From: an uncultured Solirubrobacteraceae bacterium
GTDB lineage: Bacteria > Actinomycetota > Thermoleophilia > Solirubrobacterales > Solirubrobacteraceae
Assembly (NCBI GenBank): GCA_964588985.1
Contig: CAZPQW010000004.1
Location: 1 to 64,000 of the forward strand
Length of the DNA stretch: 64,000 nucleotides
Direction of reading: 5' to 3'
Shown: positions 38,621 to 47,917 of the stretch, piece after piece
Position numbering within the stretch: the stretch's first letter is position 1
Layout: every line of letters starts with the position of its first letter
Translations under genes and position numbers: made by a program
Notes under the pieces: model-generated
Databases searched by the model: none
What the model was told of the DNA's origin: nothing
What the model saw: the letters and a program-made list of their open reading frames with translations, nothing else

Positions 38621-39580
38621 CTACTCGCGTTGAAACACCCGTGGCAACGCAACGCCTATCACGCCGATCAGGAGCAGGGCCAAGGGCCAGCCGGCGAGCG
38701 CGCTGGGCGTCGCTTCGCTCGTGCTGCCTTCGCCGACACGCACGCTCACATCAACGGCAAAAGCTAGCAGTCCAACAGCACCCACATAGCCCAGGCCGCG
38801 CGCCCGCACGCGAGCGGCGAGCCACACCAACAGCGCTGAGACGATGAGCAGATAGAGGTCCCAGCCAAAGCTCTGAAAGCTCTGGAAGCTCTGTGTGTGG
38901 TGGTCGAAGCTGGTCGATATGCCATTGCCGTTGGAGGCGGCGGCGAACAAGCCTCCAAACGTCCCTTCCAGGGCAGCGTTAATCACACCCAGCACACCCG
39001 CTGCCACGGCGACGAGGCCGCCAACCGTCGCGAGCTCACGCGACCCGATCGCACTCGCGCGAGCCAACCCAGCGGCGGCAGCGAAGAGCAGCATCGCGGC
39101 GAGAATCATAAGCCAACGCGTGGCGCTGGCTGATTGGTGCGGGATGATGGCTTCCCAGACGAACTCCCACGCGATAAAAGCCGCCAAGCCCGCGAGCAAT
39201 GCGGCGTAGGCCACTCGCAGGCGTCGGGCGGTGTAGGCGGCCAGTAGAGCGCTGAGGGCGAACGCCGCGACCCAGTAGATCGCGCTTGTCGCCCCGATCA
39301 GGCTCGCGAACGCGAATATGGCCCCGCTGCCGAGCAGGATCGCGGCGATGGCGAGCACCGAGGTCGCGGGGCGCGCACGGTCCTCTCCGGTCGGCGGCTC
39401 ATCTCGCAGGGCCTGCTCGAAGAGGATCAACGCCGGAAACAGCAGAACGAGAAAGCGCTCGAGGTCGCTCGCCGTGCCGTTGGTGGACAGGCGCAGCAGC
39501 CAAACCGCGGCGCCGACGGCGAACAGAGTCGCGCCGAGAGCACGCGCGAGGTCCGCGAGATCCCGACGGGAAAGTTCCAT
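38621..39580 (-). CDS. Hypothetical polytopic membrane protein
   Basis: About 9-10 hydrophobic segments. Confidence 0.68.
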   Translation of the reverse strand: MELSRRDLADLARALGATLFAVGAAVWLLRLSTNGTASDLERFLVLLFPALILFEQALRDEPPTGEDRARPATSVLAIAAILLGSGAIFAFASLIGATSAIYWVAAFALSALLAAYTARRLRVAYAALLAGLAAFIAWEFVWEAIIPHQSASATRWLMILAAMLLFAAAAGLARASAIGSRELATVGGLVAVAAGVLGVINAALEGTFGGLFAAASNGNGISTSFDHHTQSFQSFQSFGWDLYLLIVSALLVWLAARVRARGLGYVGAVGLLAFAVDVSVRVGEGSTSEATPSALAGWPLALLLIGVIGVALPRVFQRE

Positions 39581-39686
39581 GTGCGCAGCCTGATCGATCA
39601 ATCGGACGGCAGTCTCAGCCTCTCGAGCTCGCCGCTTTACGCCTCGCGAAAACGCGACCAGCTCGCACCGTCGCTCGGGCTAGCTG

Positions 39687-40007
39687 CTAGGCGGTCTCGC
39701 TGCTGAGCTCACCGTCGGCCTCGCCGTCTTCGCGCGAGGAGTTTTCCTCCTCGCTCGGTCCGCGATCGTGGAGGATCGCGTTCGTTGACCGCATGTCGCC
39801 GTGGGAGGCGTGCTCGATCAGCAGCTCCTCGGCCTGCTCGAAACCCTCCGACTCGCCACCGCCGCCCTCGATCACAGCCCGTTCGCGCGGGGGGAGGTTC
39901 TCGTCGCCGGCGACGCCGCCGATCCCGGCGGCTTCGCTCGCGGCCGCGTCGATCTCGGCCTGCTCCTCCACGGAGATCGGATCTGAGGACTGCGACTCTT
40001 CGCTCAT
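39687..40007 (-). CDS. Small acidic hypothetical protein
   Basis: GAGAGG RBS; EGGGGESEGFEQAE core. Confidence 0.65.
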   Translation of the reverse strand: MSEESQSSDPISVEEQAEIDAAASEAAGIGGVAGDENLPPRERAVIEGGGGESEGFEQAEELLIEHASHGDMRSTNAILHDRGPSEEENSSREDGEADGELSSETA

Positions 40008-40157
40008 AGGGGCCTCTCGTCGGGGTCTGAAGTGGCGTTACCCGCCGCGCGGCCTGCGAGACGGCAGACCGTCAGTCTAGTCCCAGGCGAGACCCGCGAG
40101 AGAACCGGCTCGGTCGGGCGTTGCGCTGCCCATGCTCAGCGCAACGCCCGACCGGAA

Positions 40158-40622
40158 CTACCAGCTGGACCGTTCTCCTCCGCTACAGCCCCTCTTGCTG
40201 ATCGGGCTCACGCATTTGCGTTCGATCGAGCCCGTGGCGCTCCTGCTGATAGTCAATTCATCCCCGTTCGTTGCCGTGGCGGTGACCGTGTATTCGGTCG
40301 CGGTGCCGGTGGCGGCGCTCAGGTAGGCGTCGGTCGTGCTTGAAGCGATCCGAAGCGCCGGTTCCTCTTTGTTCAGTTCCGAAGGTTTCACCTTCGAGTA
40401 GGTGCCGTTGTTGTCAGTCGCGACCGTCTCGGCTGCCGTTTGGGCCATCACAACCACTTCCTTGGCCTGAGCGTCGATCGCCTTGTTCTTCTGGTTCAGG
40501 AAAGACGGGATCGCGATCGCCGCGAGGATGCCGATGACCAGCATCACAACCAGCAGCTCGAGAAGCGAGAAGCCACTCTCGTCCTGTGAGTGTCCCATGC
40601 GCTGCAAACGATCTGAAAACAA
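40158..40622 (-). CDS. Type IV pilin (prepilin peptidase substrate)
   Basis: G|FSLLELLVVMLVIGILAAIAIP class III signal; C-terminal Cys pair; GGAGGG RBS before TTG. Confidence 0.92.
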   Translation of the reverse strand: MFSDRLQRMGHSQDESGFSLLELLVVMLVIGILAAIAIPSFLNQKNKAIDAQAKEVVVMAQTAAETVATDNNGTYSKVKPSELNKEEPALRIASSTTDAYLSAATGTATEYTVTATATNGDELTISRSATGSIERKCVSPISKRGCSGGERSSW

Positions 40623-40642
40623 GATAGCCCTCCGTGGCGTGT

Positions 40643-40717
40643 AACTGGCGGCCGAGCTATCTCATGGAGATCCCTGACTTTGCGCCCCCGTCTCGCGACG
40701 GGTTTGCCTTTGCAGTT
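40643..40717 (-). promoter_or_regulatory. c-di-GMP-I (GEMM) riboswitch
   Basis: Minus strand AACTG-CAAA-GGCAAACCCGTC-GCGA-GACGGGGGCGCAAAG...AGATAGC..GGCCGC-CAGTT: P1, GNRA-capped P2, GGCAAAC and GCAAAG cores. Confidence 0.88.
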
Positions 40718-40802
40718 TTTGGTTGGTGCGGATACTTTGCACCACACTTGCCTGTGTGTGTGAAAACTGGACGCATGTTCTAGGGAGAACGCCGAAGGCG
40801 AG

Positions 40803-41579
40803 CTAGATCCGGCTGATCTTCGCCACGACGTAGCTGCTGGTGAGCCGAAATCCGTCCGCGACCTCATTGGCTGACTCGTAGACCTCGAGGGCGCGGGCGC
40901 GCATCGTGTCCATCTCTCCGCCGGGCTCGAGCGCCGCTCGCGCGGCGAGCCACAGAGGGTGGTTGTTCAGCTCCATCTCGAGGAACTCCCGTGGCGAGTC
41001 GGCGGTGAACGCGAGCTCGTGCTGCGAGAGCTCCACGTCGAAGCCGAAGGGTGTGAAGAGGCTGTCGAGCGCGTCCTGCTCGTGCCAGGCGAAGGGCAGC
41101 GGCCCCGGTGGCGTGTGCGACGCGGCGGCTATCAGCTCCCGTCGCGCCTGCATGATCTCGGACAGCGCGCCGCCGGGTATCCAGGCGCACAGCGCCATTC
41201 GTCCCGCGGGCGCGGTCACCCGTGCCATCTCCGCGGCGGCGGCGGATGCGTCGGGGGCGAAGATCGCGCCGAACACGGACACCACCACATCGGCGCTGCC
41301 ATCTGGAAGCGGCAGCGACGCTGCGTCCCCCGGCAGGAACGCGATATCGAGTCCGCGCGCGGCGGCCTCGGTGCGAGCGACCTCGAGCAGGCGCGGCGCG
41401 GGGTCGACTCCGGTGACCCGCGCGCCGCGAGCGGCCGCGAGCAGCGCCGCGTTGCCGGTGCCGCAGCCAACGTCCACAAGGTGCTCGCCCTCGTGGGGCG
41501 CGGCCGCCTCGATCGCGGCCTCCGCCGCCGGCGCCAGTTCGACGGCCGTGTGCTCGTAGCTGCCGATGCCCCAGTCCAT
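40803..41579 (-). CDS. Class I SAM-dependent methyltransferase
   Basis: VDVGCGTGN; DVVVSVFGAIF. Confidence 0.9.
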   Translation of the reverse strand: MDWGIGSYEHTAVELAPAAEAAIEAAAPHEGEHLVDVGCGTGNAALLAAARGARVTGVDPAPRLLEVARTEAAARGLDIAFLPGDAASLPLPDGSADVVVSVFGAIFAPDASAAAAEMARVTAPAGRMALCAWIPGGALSEIMQARRELIAAASHTPPGPLPFAWHEQDALDSLFTPFGFDVELSQHELAFTADSPREFLEMELNNHPLWLAARAALEPGGEMDTMRARALEVYESANEVADGFRLTSSYVVAKISRI

Positions 41580-41581
41580 CG

Positions 41582-43027
41582 TCAGCCCGAGACCTGTCGC
41601 GCGCCGGCGGAATGCGCGCGGCTGTCACGCGAGGCGATCATCACGACCGTCAGCAGCGCGCCGAGCAGCGCGAAGCCCGCGCCGACGAGGAACGCGCGCT
41701 CGAAGCCCTTCGTGAGCGCGACCGCGACGCTGTGGCCGCCCGCGTGCAGGACGTCTTTGGTGCGGCTGTTGGCGACCGTCGCGAGGATCGCCAGGCCGAG
41801 CGCTCCGCCGATCTGCTGGGCGGTGTTGACGAGGCCGGAGGCGAGCCCCGCCTCGTGCGGGTCGGTGCCGCTGACGGCGGCGATCGTGACCGGCACGAAC
41901 GACAGGCCGAGGCCGAACGCGGCGATCACCGACGGCCCGAGTACGTCGCCCGTGAACGATCCGCCGGGCGCGCGCACACGCGAGAACCAGAACAGGCCGC
42001 CGGCTATCAGCAGCAGGCCGCTGAGCAGGATCGGCTTGAAGCCGAACCGCGTGACCGCCACCGAGGCGCCGGCGGCGGAGGCGATGATCCCGACCGACAG
42101 CGGCAGGTAACACAGCCCTGTCTTCAGGGCGGAGTAGTGAAGCACGTCCTGCATGTAGAGCGAGATGAAGAAGAACATCGAGAACAGCGACATGCCGATC
42201 AGCAGCGCGACGGCGTTCGCGCCCCGCAGCGTGCGCAGGCGGAAGATCGTGAATGGCATCAGCGGCGCGCGCTGGCGCACCTCGATCGCGAGAAACGCGA
42301 CCAGCAGCGCGACCGCGCCGGCGATCTTGGCGAGCGTCGCGGTCGAGCCCCAGCCGACGTTGACCGCGTCCACGAGCGCGTACACGAGCAGCGCCAGGCC
42401 GGCGGTGACGGCTATCGCGCCGGGGATGTCGAACGTGCGCGCCTCGCCCTCTGCGCGGCTTTCGCGGATCACGCGCGGCGCGAGGAACGTGCACAGGAAG
42501 CCGATCGGCACGTTCACGAACAGCACCCAGCGCCAGCTCAAGCCGCTCGTGAGGATGCCGCCGAGCAGCACCCCGGCGGCGCCGCCCGCGCCCGCGACGG
42601 CGCCCCACACGCCGAGCGCCTTGTTGCGCTCCTCGCCGTCGGCGAACGTGGTGGTGATGATCGACAGCGCCGCCGGGGAGACGATCGCTCCCCCGAGGCC
42701 CTGCACGGCACGCGCGGCGATCAGCCACGCCTCCGACTGCGCGAAGCCTCCGGCGAGCGACGCCACCGAGAACAGCACGAGGCCGGTCATGAACATGCGC
42801 CTGCGGCCGAGCAGGTCAGCCATCCGCCCGCCGAGCAGCAGGAAGCCGCCGAACGTGAGCGTGTAGGCGTTGACGACCCACGAGAGGTCGTCCTGGGAGA
42901 AGCTCAGCGCGCGGCCGATCGACGGCAGCGCGACGTTGACGATCGACGCGTCGATCACGAGCACGAACTGCGTCATCGCGAGCAGCAGCAGCGCGAGTTT
43001 CTTCATCCGCGGGGTGTCGAGCGGCAT
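41582..43027 (-). CDS. MFS transporter, DHA2 (EmrB/QacA-like)
   Basis: DASIVNVALP; GGRMADLLGRRR; WRWVLFVNVP. Confidence 0.93.
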   Translation of the reverse strand: MPLDTPRMKKLALLLLAMTQFVLVIDASIVNVALPSIGRALSFSQDDLSWVVNAYTLTFGGFLLLGGRMADLLGRRRMFMTGLVLFSVASLAGGFAQSEAWLIAARAVQGLGGAIVSPAALSIITTTFADGEERNKALGVWGAVAGAGGAAGVLLGGILTSGLSWRWVLFVNVPIGFLCTFLAPRVIRESRAEGEARTFDIPGAIAVTAGLALLVYALVDAVNVGWGSTATLAKIAGAVALLVAFLAIEVRQRAPLMPFTIFRLRTLRGANAVALLIGMSLFSMFFFISLYMQDVLHYSALKTGLCYLPLSVGIIASAAGASVAVTRFGFKPILLSGLLLIAGGLFWFSRVRAPGGSFTGDVLGPSVIAAFGLGLSFVPVTIAAVSGTDPHEAGLASGLVNTAQQIGGALGLAILATVANSRTKDVLHAGGHSVAVALTKGFERAFLVGAGFALLGALLTVVMIASRDSRAHSAGARQVSG

Positions 43028-43147
43028 CGGCCCTGAGCATATGGGCTTACGCTGCGGATGCTGGAGGGAGCCGTCGCGTGACCGGGAGGGATCGGGGCGG
43101 GAATCGCCGGACGTCGAGGGGCGCGAGGCTAAAGAGGGAGAAATCGC

Positions 43148-43912
43148 ATGCACTCAAACGACCGGGCGCCCGCGAGGGCGGCCCTCAGGCGGAGGAAGCT
43201 GCTGGGAGGTGGCGTGATCGCGGTGCTGGCATGGCTCGCGTTCGCGGCGGTGGCGCCCGCGACCGGGCTGGCCTGCTCGAACGTCGAGTTCATCGGCGTG
43301 CGTGGCTCTGGAGAAAGCTATTCGGGCAACTTCGGGATGGGGAATCAGATAGGGGCGATGTACGAACGGGTGCTGGCGCGCAAGCCGTCCGGTCAGACGC
43401 TCCAGTCCTACGGCCTGGAATATCCGGCGGTGAACGTCGCCGAATGGTGGAAGGCGATCCTCTACTACCCGAGCGTGTGGGAAGGCGACTCGCATCTGGA
43501 AGGTCGCGTCAAAGGCGACGCGGCGGCGTGTCCGAGCATGAAGATCCTGATCGCCGGTTTCTCGCAGGGCGCGCACGTTGTGGGAGACACGATCGAAAAT
43601 CTGGCGAACAAAAACGACAGCTCGCTGTCGCACGTCTACGGCGTCGCCCTGTACGGCGACCCGCGCTTCAGCAAGGACGACACCGCCACGGCGCGCGGCA
43701 ACTACAGCCCCGAACACTGGGGCATCCTCATCGCGCGCGGCAACTACTCGTCGAAAATCAACAACCGGCTCGGAGACTGGTGCAGGCTCAAAGACGCCAT
43801 CTGCCAGGGCTTCAACGCGGGAGACACCGAACACCACGAGTACAAGAACTACGAAGGCGGGCTGTTCCTACAACAGGGAGCGGAAATGATGTTCAGCCAT
43901 ATCGGCTGGTAG
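43148..43912 (+). CDS. Cutinase family protein
   Basis: RGSGE; GFSQGA nucleophile elbow; YGDP; C...DAIC; HHEY. Confidence 0.85.
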   Translation: MHSNDRAPARAALRRRKLLGGGVIAVLAWLAFAAVAPATGLACSNVEFIGVRGSGESYSGNFGMGNQIGAMYERVLARKPSGQTLQSYGLEYPAVNVAEWWKAILYYPSVWEGDSHLEGRVKGDAAACPSMKILIAGFSQGAHVVGDTIENLANKNDSSLSHVYGVALYGDPRFSKDDTATARGNYSPEHWGILIARGNYSSKINNRLGDWCRLKDAICQGFNAGDTEHHEYKNYEGGLFLQQGAEMMFSHIGW

Positions 43913-44744
43913 GAGCCTTTGGTGGTCGGCGGTGCGCAATCGCGCCGTCGACCACCGAGCAGGCCCGCGCCCGCACGACCTCGGCCACCGCGGCCGGGTC
44001 GTCGTAGAACGGCACGTGCCCGGCGCCGAGCGTCACGTGCGTGGCCCACGGCAGCAGCTTGCGCGCGCGCGGCGCCTGCAGGCGGTAGGGCAGCAGCCGA
44101 TCCTTCTTGCCCCACGCGATCGTCACGGGCGTGCCGCGCAGCTCTTCGGGCGCGTCGAAGCGGTAGTGGCGAAACGCGTCGAGCGCGTCCGCGAGCACGG
44201 GTGATGCCCACGCGTCCGTGAGCGTGGCGACGGCCTCCTCGGCGGGCAGTCGTGTGGGGTAGCCGAAGGTCTGGGAGAACAGCGCGACGCGACCGGTGCG
44301 CGTGCGCGCGAGCGCCGCCACGAGCGGACGTGCGGGGCTCGGAATCGCGCCGATCGCTCCGAGTGAGATCTGGCAGAAGCGCAGCTCGGGCGCGGTCCAG
44401 AAGCCTGCGGGGGAGAGCGCGGTGGCGGACTGCACGGCGCGCCGGCGCGCGAGCTCGAGCGCGATCGCGCCGCCCATCGAGTTGCCCGCCACGTGCGGGC
44501 GCTCGAGCCCCAGCTCGGCGAAGAACCACTCGAACGCGTCCACGTAGGCGGGAATGGTCGGCTCGATCCCCGTGGTCAGGGGCGCGGAGCGGCCGAACCC
44601 GGGGGAGTCGCACGCGATCACGTCGAACTCGCGCGCGAGCGTTCCGATCACGGGCTTCCACGCCTGCCAGTGGTGTCCGATTCCGTGCAGGAGAACGAGC
44701 GGCGGGCCTTCGCCCTCGCGGTGATGGTTGATCGAGGCGCTCAT
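43893..44744 (-). CDS. Alpha/beta hydrolase
   Basis: PPLVLLHG; GNSMGG; GHVP. Confidence 0.9.
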   Translation of the reverse strand: MSASINHHREGEGPPLVLLHGIGHHWQAWKPVIGTLAREFDVIACDSPGFGRSAPLTTGIEPTIPAYVDAFEWFFAELGLERPHVAGNSMGGAIALELARRRAVQSATALSPAGFWTAPELRFCQISLGAIGAIPSPARPLVAALARTRTGRVALFSQTFGYPTRLPAEEAVATLTDAWASPVLADALDAFRHYRFDAPEELRGTPVTIAWGKKDRLLPYRLQAPRARKLLPWATHVTLGAGHVPFYDDPAAVAEVVRARACSVVDGAIAHRRPPKAPTSRYG

Positions 44745-46315
44745 GTCGCGTCCCGGATGACGTCCGCGGCTTTCTCGGCGATCATGATCGTGGGGGCGTT
44801 GGTGTTGCCGCCGACGATGCTCGGCATGATCGACGCGTCCACCACGCGCAGCGCCTCGATGCCGTGGACCCGCAGCTGCGAGTCGACGACGGCCTGTTCG
44901 TGCGTGTCGCTCATCCGCGCGGTGCCCACGGGGTGGTAGATCAGCATGAGGCGCCTGCGCAGGTCGGCTTCGAGCTGCTCGCGGTCGACTGTGTCGGCGC
45001 CTGGCTTGAGCTCTTTGACGGTGTGCGCGGCGAGCGGGGCCTGGGCGGCGATCTCGCGCGCGAGGCGCATCCCGGCGAGCAGCGACTCGACGTCGTCGGG
45101 CTCGGACAGGGTGTTGGTGATGATCCGCGGCTTGTCGGTGGGGTCGGCCGAGCGCAGCCACACCTGCCCGCGCGCCTTCGGCGAGACGAGCACCGGCGCG
45201 ATCACCATGCAGTGCCCGTCGTATTCCTCCGCCCCGTGGTCTTCGAAGTAGGCGGCGCCCATGTGGAACTGGATGTCCGCGGCCGGCAGCCCGCCGCGGG
45301 TGCGCGTGAACGCGACCACCTCCGCGACGGTCGAGCTGAGCTTGCCGGTTTTGCGCAGCAGCCACTCCGCGAGCGGCTTCGGCTTGTCGGCGCCGTAGAG
45401 GCTGTCGCTGCCGGAGATCTCCCAGATCGCGGTCACGAACGGGTGATCCTGCAGGTTGCGCCCCACGCCGGGCAGCTCGTGGCGGGCCTGCACGCCCGCG
45501 CCGCGCAGCTCCTCGCCCGCGCCGATCCCCGACAACAGCAGCAGCTGCGGCGAGCCGATCGCGCCGGCGGACAGCAGCACCTCGCGCGCGGCGCGGACGA
45601 CCTCCTCGCCGCGGCGGCCCTTGCGCACGCGCACGCCGATTGCACGCGCGCCGTCGAGCTCCACGCCCAGCACCGTGACGCCGGTGCGGATCTCGAGGTT
45701 CGGCCGGGTGCGCGCGGGTCGCAGGTAGGCATCGGCGGCGCTGAAGCGCTTTCCGTCCTTCTGCGTCACCTGGAACATCGACGCGCCGTCCTGCTCGGGG
45801 CCGTTGTAGTCGGCGATGCGCGGGATCCCGGCAGCTTCGCTGGCGCTCAACAGCTCGCGGCACAGCGGCCGCGGTGAGCGCTGCTCGCTGACGCGCAACG
45901 GGCCGCCGGCGCCGTGGTACTCCGACGGGCCTCGCACGTTGTCCTCGGACTTGAGGAAGTACGGCAGCACGTCCGCGTAGCCCCATCCGGGGGCGCCCTG
46001 CGCCTCCCAGCCGTCGTAGTCGAGCGGGCGTCCGCGCACGTAGAGCATCGCGTTCATCGAGCTGGAGCCGCCGAGCGCCTTGCCGCGGGGGATGTAAAGC
46101 GAGCGCCCGTCGACGTGCGGCTCGGGCTCGGTGGCGAAGTCCCAGTCGAGCTTGGTGTGGAACTGCTGCGGGAACGCGGCGGGGATCTTGATCTTCAGCG
46201 AGCGGTCGGCGCCACCGGCCTCGAGCAGCAGCACGCTCACCGTCGGGTCCTCCGAGAGGCGGTTGGCGAGCACGCAGCCCGCCGAGCCGGCTCCGACGAT
46301 CACGTAGTCGTACAT
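44741..46315 (-). CDS. GMC family oxidoreductase
   Basis: GAGSAG; GGSSSMNAM; YHPVGT; GNTNAP. Confidence 0.94.
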   Translation of the reverse strand: MYDYVIVGAGSAGCVLANRLSEDPTVSVLLLEAGGADRSLKIKIPAAFPQQFHTKLDWDFATEPEPHVDGRSLYIPRGKALGGSSSMNAMLYVRGRPLDYDGWEAQGAPGWGYADVLPYFLKSEDNVRGPSEYHGAGGPLRVSEQRSPRPLCRELLSASEAAGIPRIADYNGPEQDGASMFQVTQKDGKRFSAADAYLRPARTRPNLEIRTGVTVLGVELDGARAIGVRVRKGRRGEEVVRAAREVLLSAGAIGSPQLLLLSGIGAGEELRGAGVQARHELPGVGRNLQDHPFVTAIWEISGSDSLYGADKPKPLAEWLLRKTGKLSSTVAEVVAFTRTRGGLPAADIQFHMGAAYFEDHGAEEYDGHCMVIAPVLVSPKARGQVWLRSADPTDKPRIITNTLSEPDDVESLLAGMRLAREIAAQAPLAAHTVKELKPGADTVDREQLEADLRRRLMLIYHPVGTARMSDTHEQAVVDSQLRVHGIEALRVVDASIMPSIVGGNTNAPTIMIAEKAADVIRDAT

Positions 46316-46322
46316 CCCCGGA

Positions 46323-47858
46323 TCAACCCTCCTGTGCGGTGGGGGAGCCGACTGCGCTCACCCTGTCGGGCAGCGGCGCGAAGCGGTACTCGCCCGCGTC
46401 CAGCTGCTTGGTCTGCGCGAGGTACTCGCGCATGTAGCCGGGCCAGTTGGTGACGATCCGCCCGCGCTCGTCGCGATACCAGGAGTCGCACTGCGTCCAC
46501 GCGGTGCCCGCGAAGCGCGCCTGCAGCGCGCGGTCGCTCGCGGCCTCGACCTCGGGGCGCACCTCGATCGAGCCGGCGCCGCGGGCGCGCATCTGCAGCA
46601 GCGCCTGACGGATGTAGGCGGCCTGCGCCTCGAGGTAGACGAGGATCGAGCCGCCGGAGGTATTCGTGTTCGGCCCGTACATCACGAACATGCTGGGGAA
46701 GCCGGGCACGGTAATGCCGAGGTGGGCGTGCGCGCCGCCGGACCACAGCTCGCGCAGGCTGCGCCCGTCGCTGCCGTGGATCTCCATCGGGAACATGAAG
46801 TCGGTCGTCTTGAAGCCGGTGGCCCAGATCAAGCAGTCGAGCTCGTGACGCGTCCCGCCGGCGGTGACGACGCCGGTCGGCTCGATGCGCTCGATCGCGT
46901 CGGTCACCAGCTCCACGTTGGCGCGCTGCAGGGCGGGCAGGAACAGCGAGCTGAAAAGCACGCGCTTGCAGCCGAACGTGTAGTCGGGCCACGCGCGGCG
47001 GCGGATGTCCGGGTCCTCGAGCTGCGAGCGCATGAACGCGCCGGAGCGCCACGCTCCCACCCGCCCGAGCGTGCGCGGGTGGCGGATCGTCATCGTGAGG
47101 CCCTCGGTGTAGAGGAACACGAACCCGCGCCGCAACGACTGCAGGCCCGGGATCCGCTCGACGGCGCGCTTGACGAAACCGGGGTATGGACGGTTCTTGC
47201 GCGGCATGAACCAGTTGGCGGAGCGCTGGAAGACCGTCAGGCGCTCGACTTCGGGCGCGATCTCGGGGACGAACTGCACGGCGCTCGCGCCGGTGCCGAC
47301 GACGGCGACGCGCTTGCCAGCGAGCGGGTACTCGTGGTCCCATTCGGCGGAGTGGAAGCTCCTGCCGGCGAACGTGTCCGCGCCCTCGATCCGGGGCGTC
47401 GCGGGCTGGTCGAGCTGGCCGGTGGCGATCACCAGAGCGTCGGCCTCGTACGTCTCGCCGCCGGCCGTCTCGATGCTCCAGCGACAGCTCGCGTCGCTCC
47501 AGCTGCAGGAGGTGACGGTGACGTTCGTATGGATCAGCTGATCGACGCGGAGCGCGTGCGCGACCTCGTGCAGGTAGGAGAGGATCTCCGTCTGCGGCGA
47601 GCACAGTCGCGACCAGTCGGTCCGCTGTGCGAAGGAGTAGGAGTAGAGGTGGCTCGGGACGTCGCACGCCGCGCCGGGATAGCTGTTGTAGAGCCAAGTT
47701 CCGCCGAGGTCCGGACCCTTCTCGAGGATCGTGACGTCGGTGATGCCGTAGCGGCGCAGCTCGATCGCGGCGGCGATCCCGCCGAAGCCCGCGCCGACGA
47801 CGATGACCTGCAGAGGGCGCTTGGACGACGGCTGTGGGCGAACGGCTGCCGCGGACAT
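46323..47858 (-). CDS. Flavin-containing (Baeyer-Villiger type) monooxygenase
   Basis: GAGFGG; GGTW...YPG..CD; FAGRSFHSAEW; GTGASA; ATGF. Confidence 0.93.
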   Translation of the reverse strand: MSAAAVRPQPSSKRPLQVIVVGAGFGGIAAAIELRRYGITDVTILEKGPDLGGTWLYNSYPGAACDVPSHLYSYSFAQRTDWSRLCSPQTEILSYLHEVAHALRVDQLIHTNVTVTSCSWSDASCRWSIETAGGETYEADALVIATGQLDQPATPRIEGADTFAGRSFHSAEWDHEYPLAGKRVAVVGTGASAVQFVPEIAPEVERLTVFQRSANWFMPRKNRPYPGFVKRAVERIPGLQSLRRGFVFLYTEGLTMTIRHPRTLGRVGAWRSGAFMRSQLEDPDIRRRAWPDYTFGCKRVLFSSLFLPALQRANVELVTDAIERIEPTGVVTAGGTRHELDCLIWATGFKTTDFMFPMEIHGSDGRSLRELWSGGAHAHLGITVPGFPSMFVMYGPNTNTSGGSILVYLEAQAAYIRQALLQMRARGAGSIEVRPEVEAASDRALQARFAGTAWTQCDSWYRDERGRIVTNWPGYMREYLAQTKQLDAGEYRFAPLPDRVSAVGSPTAQEG

Positions 47859-47917
47859 GCGGCTCCTCCCTCATGGACGTTACGTATTGCTGAGGTCAAA
47901 CCTTATGCCCTACGCGC

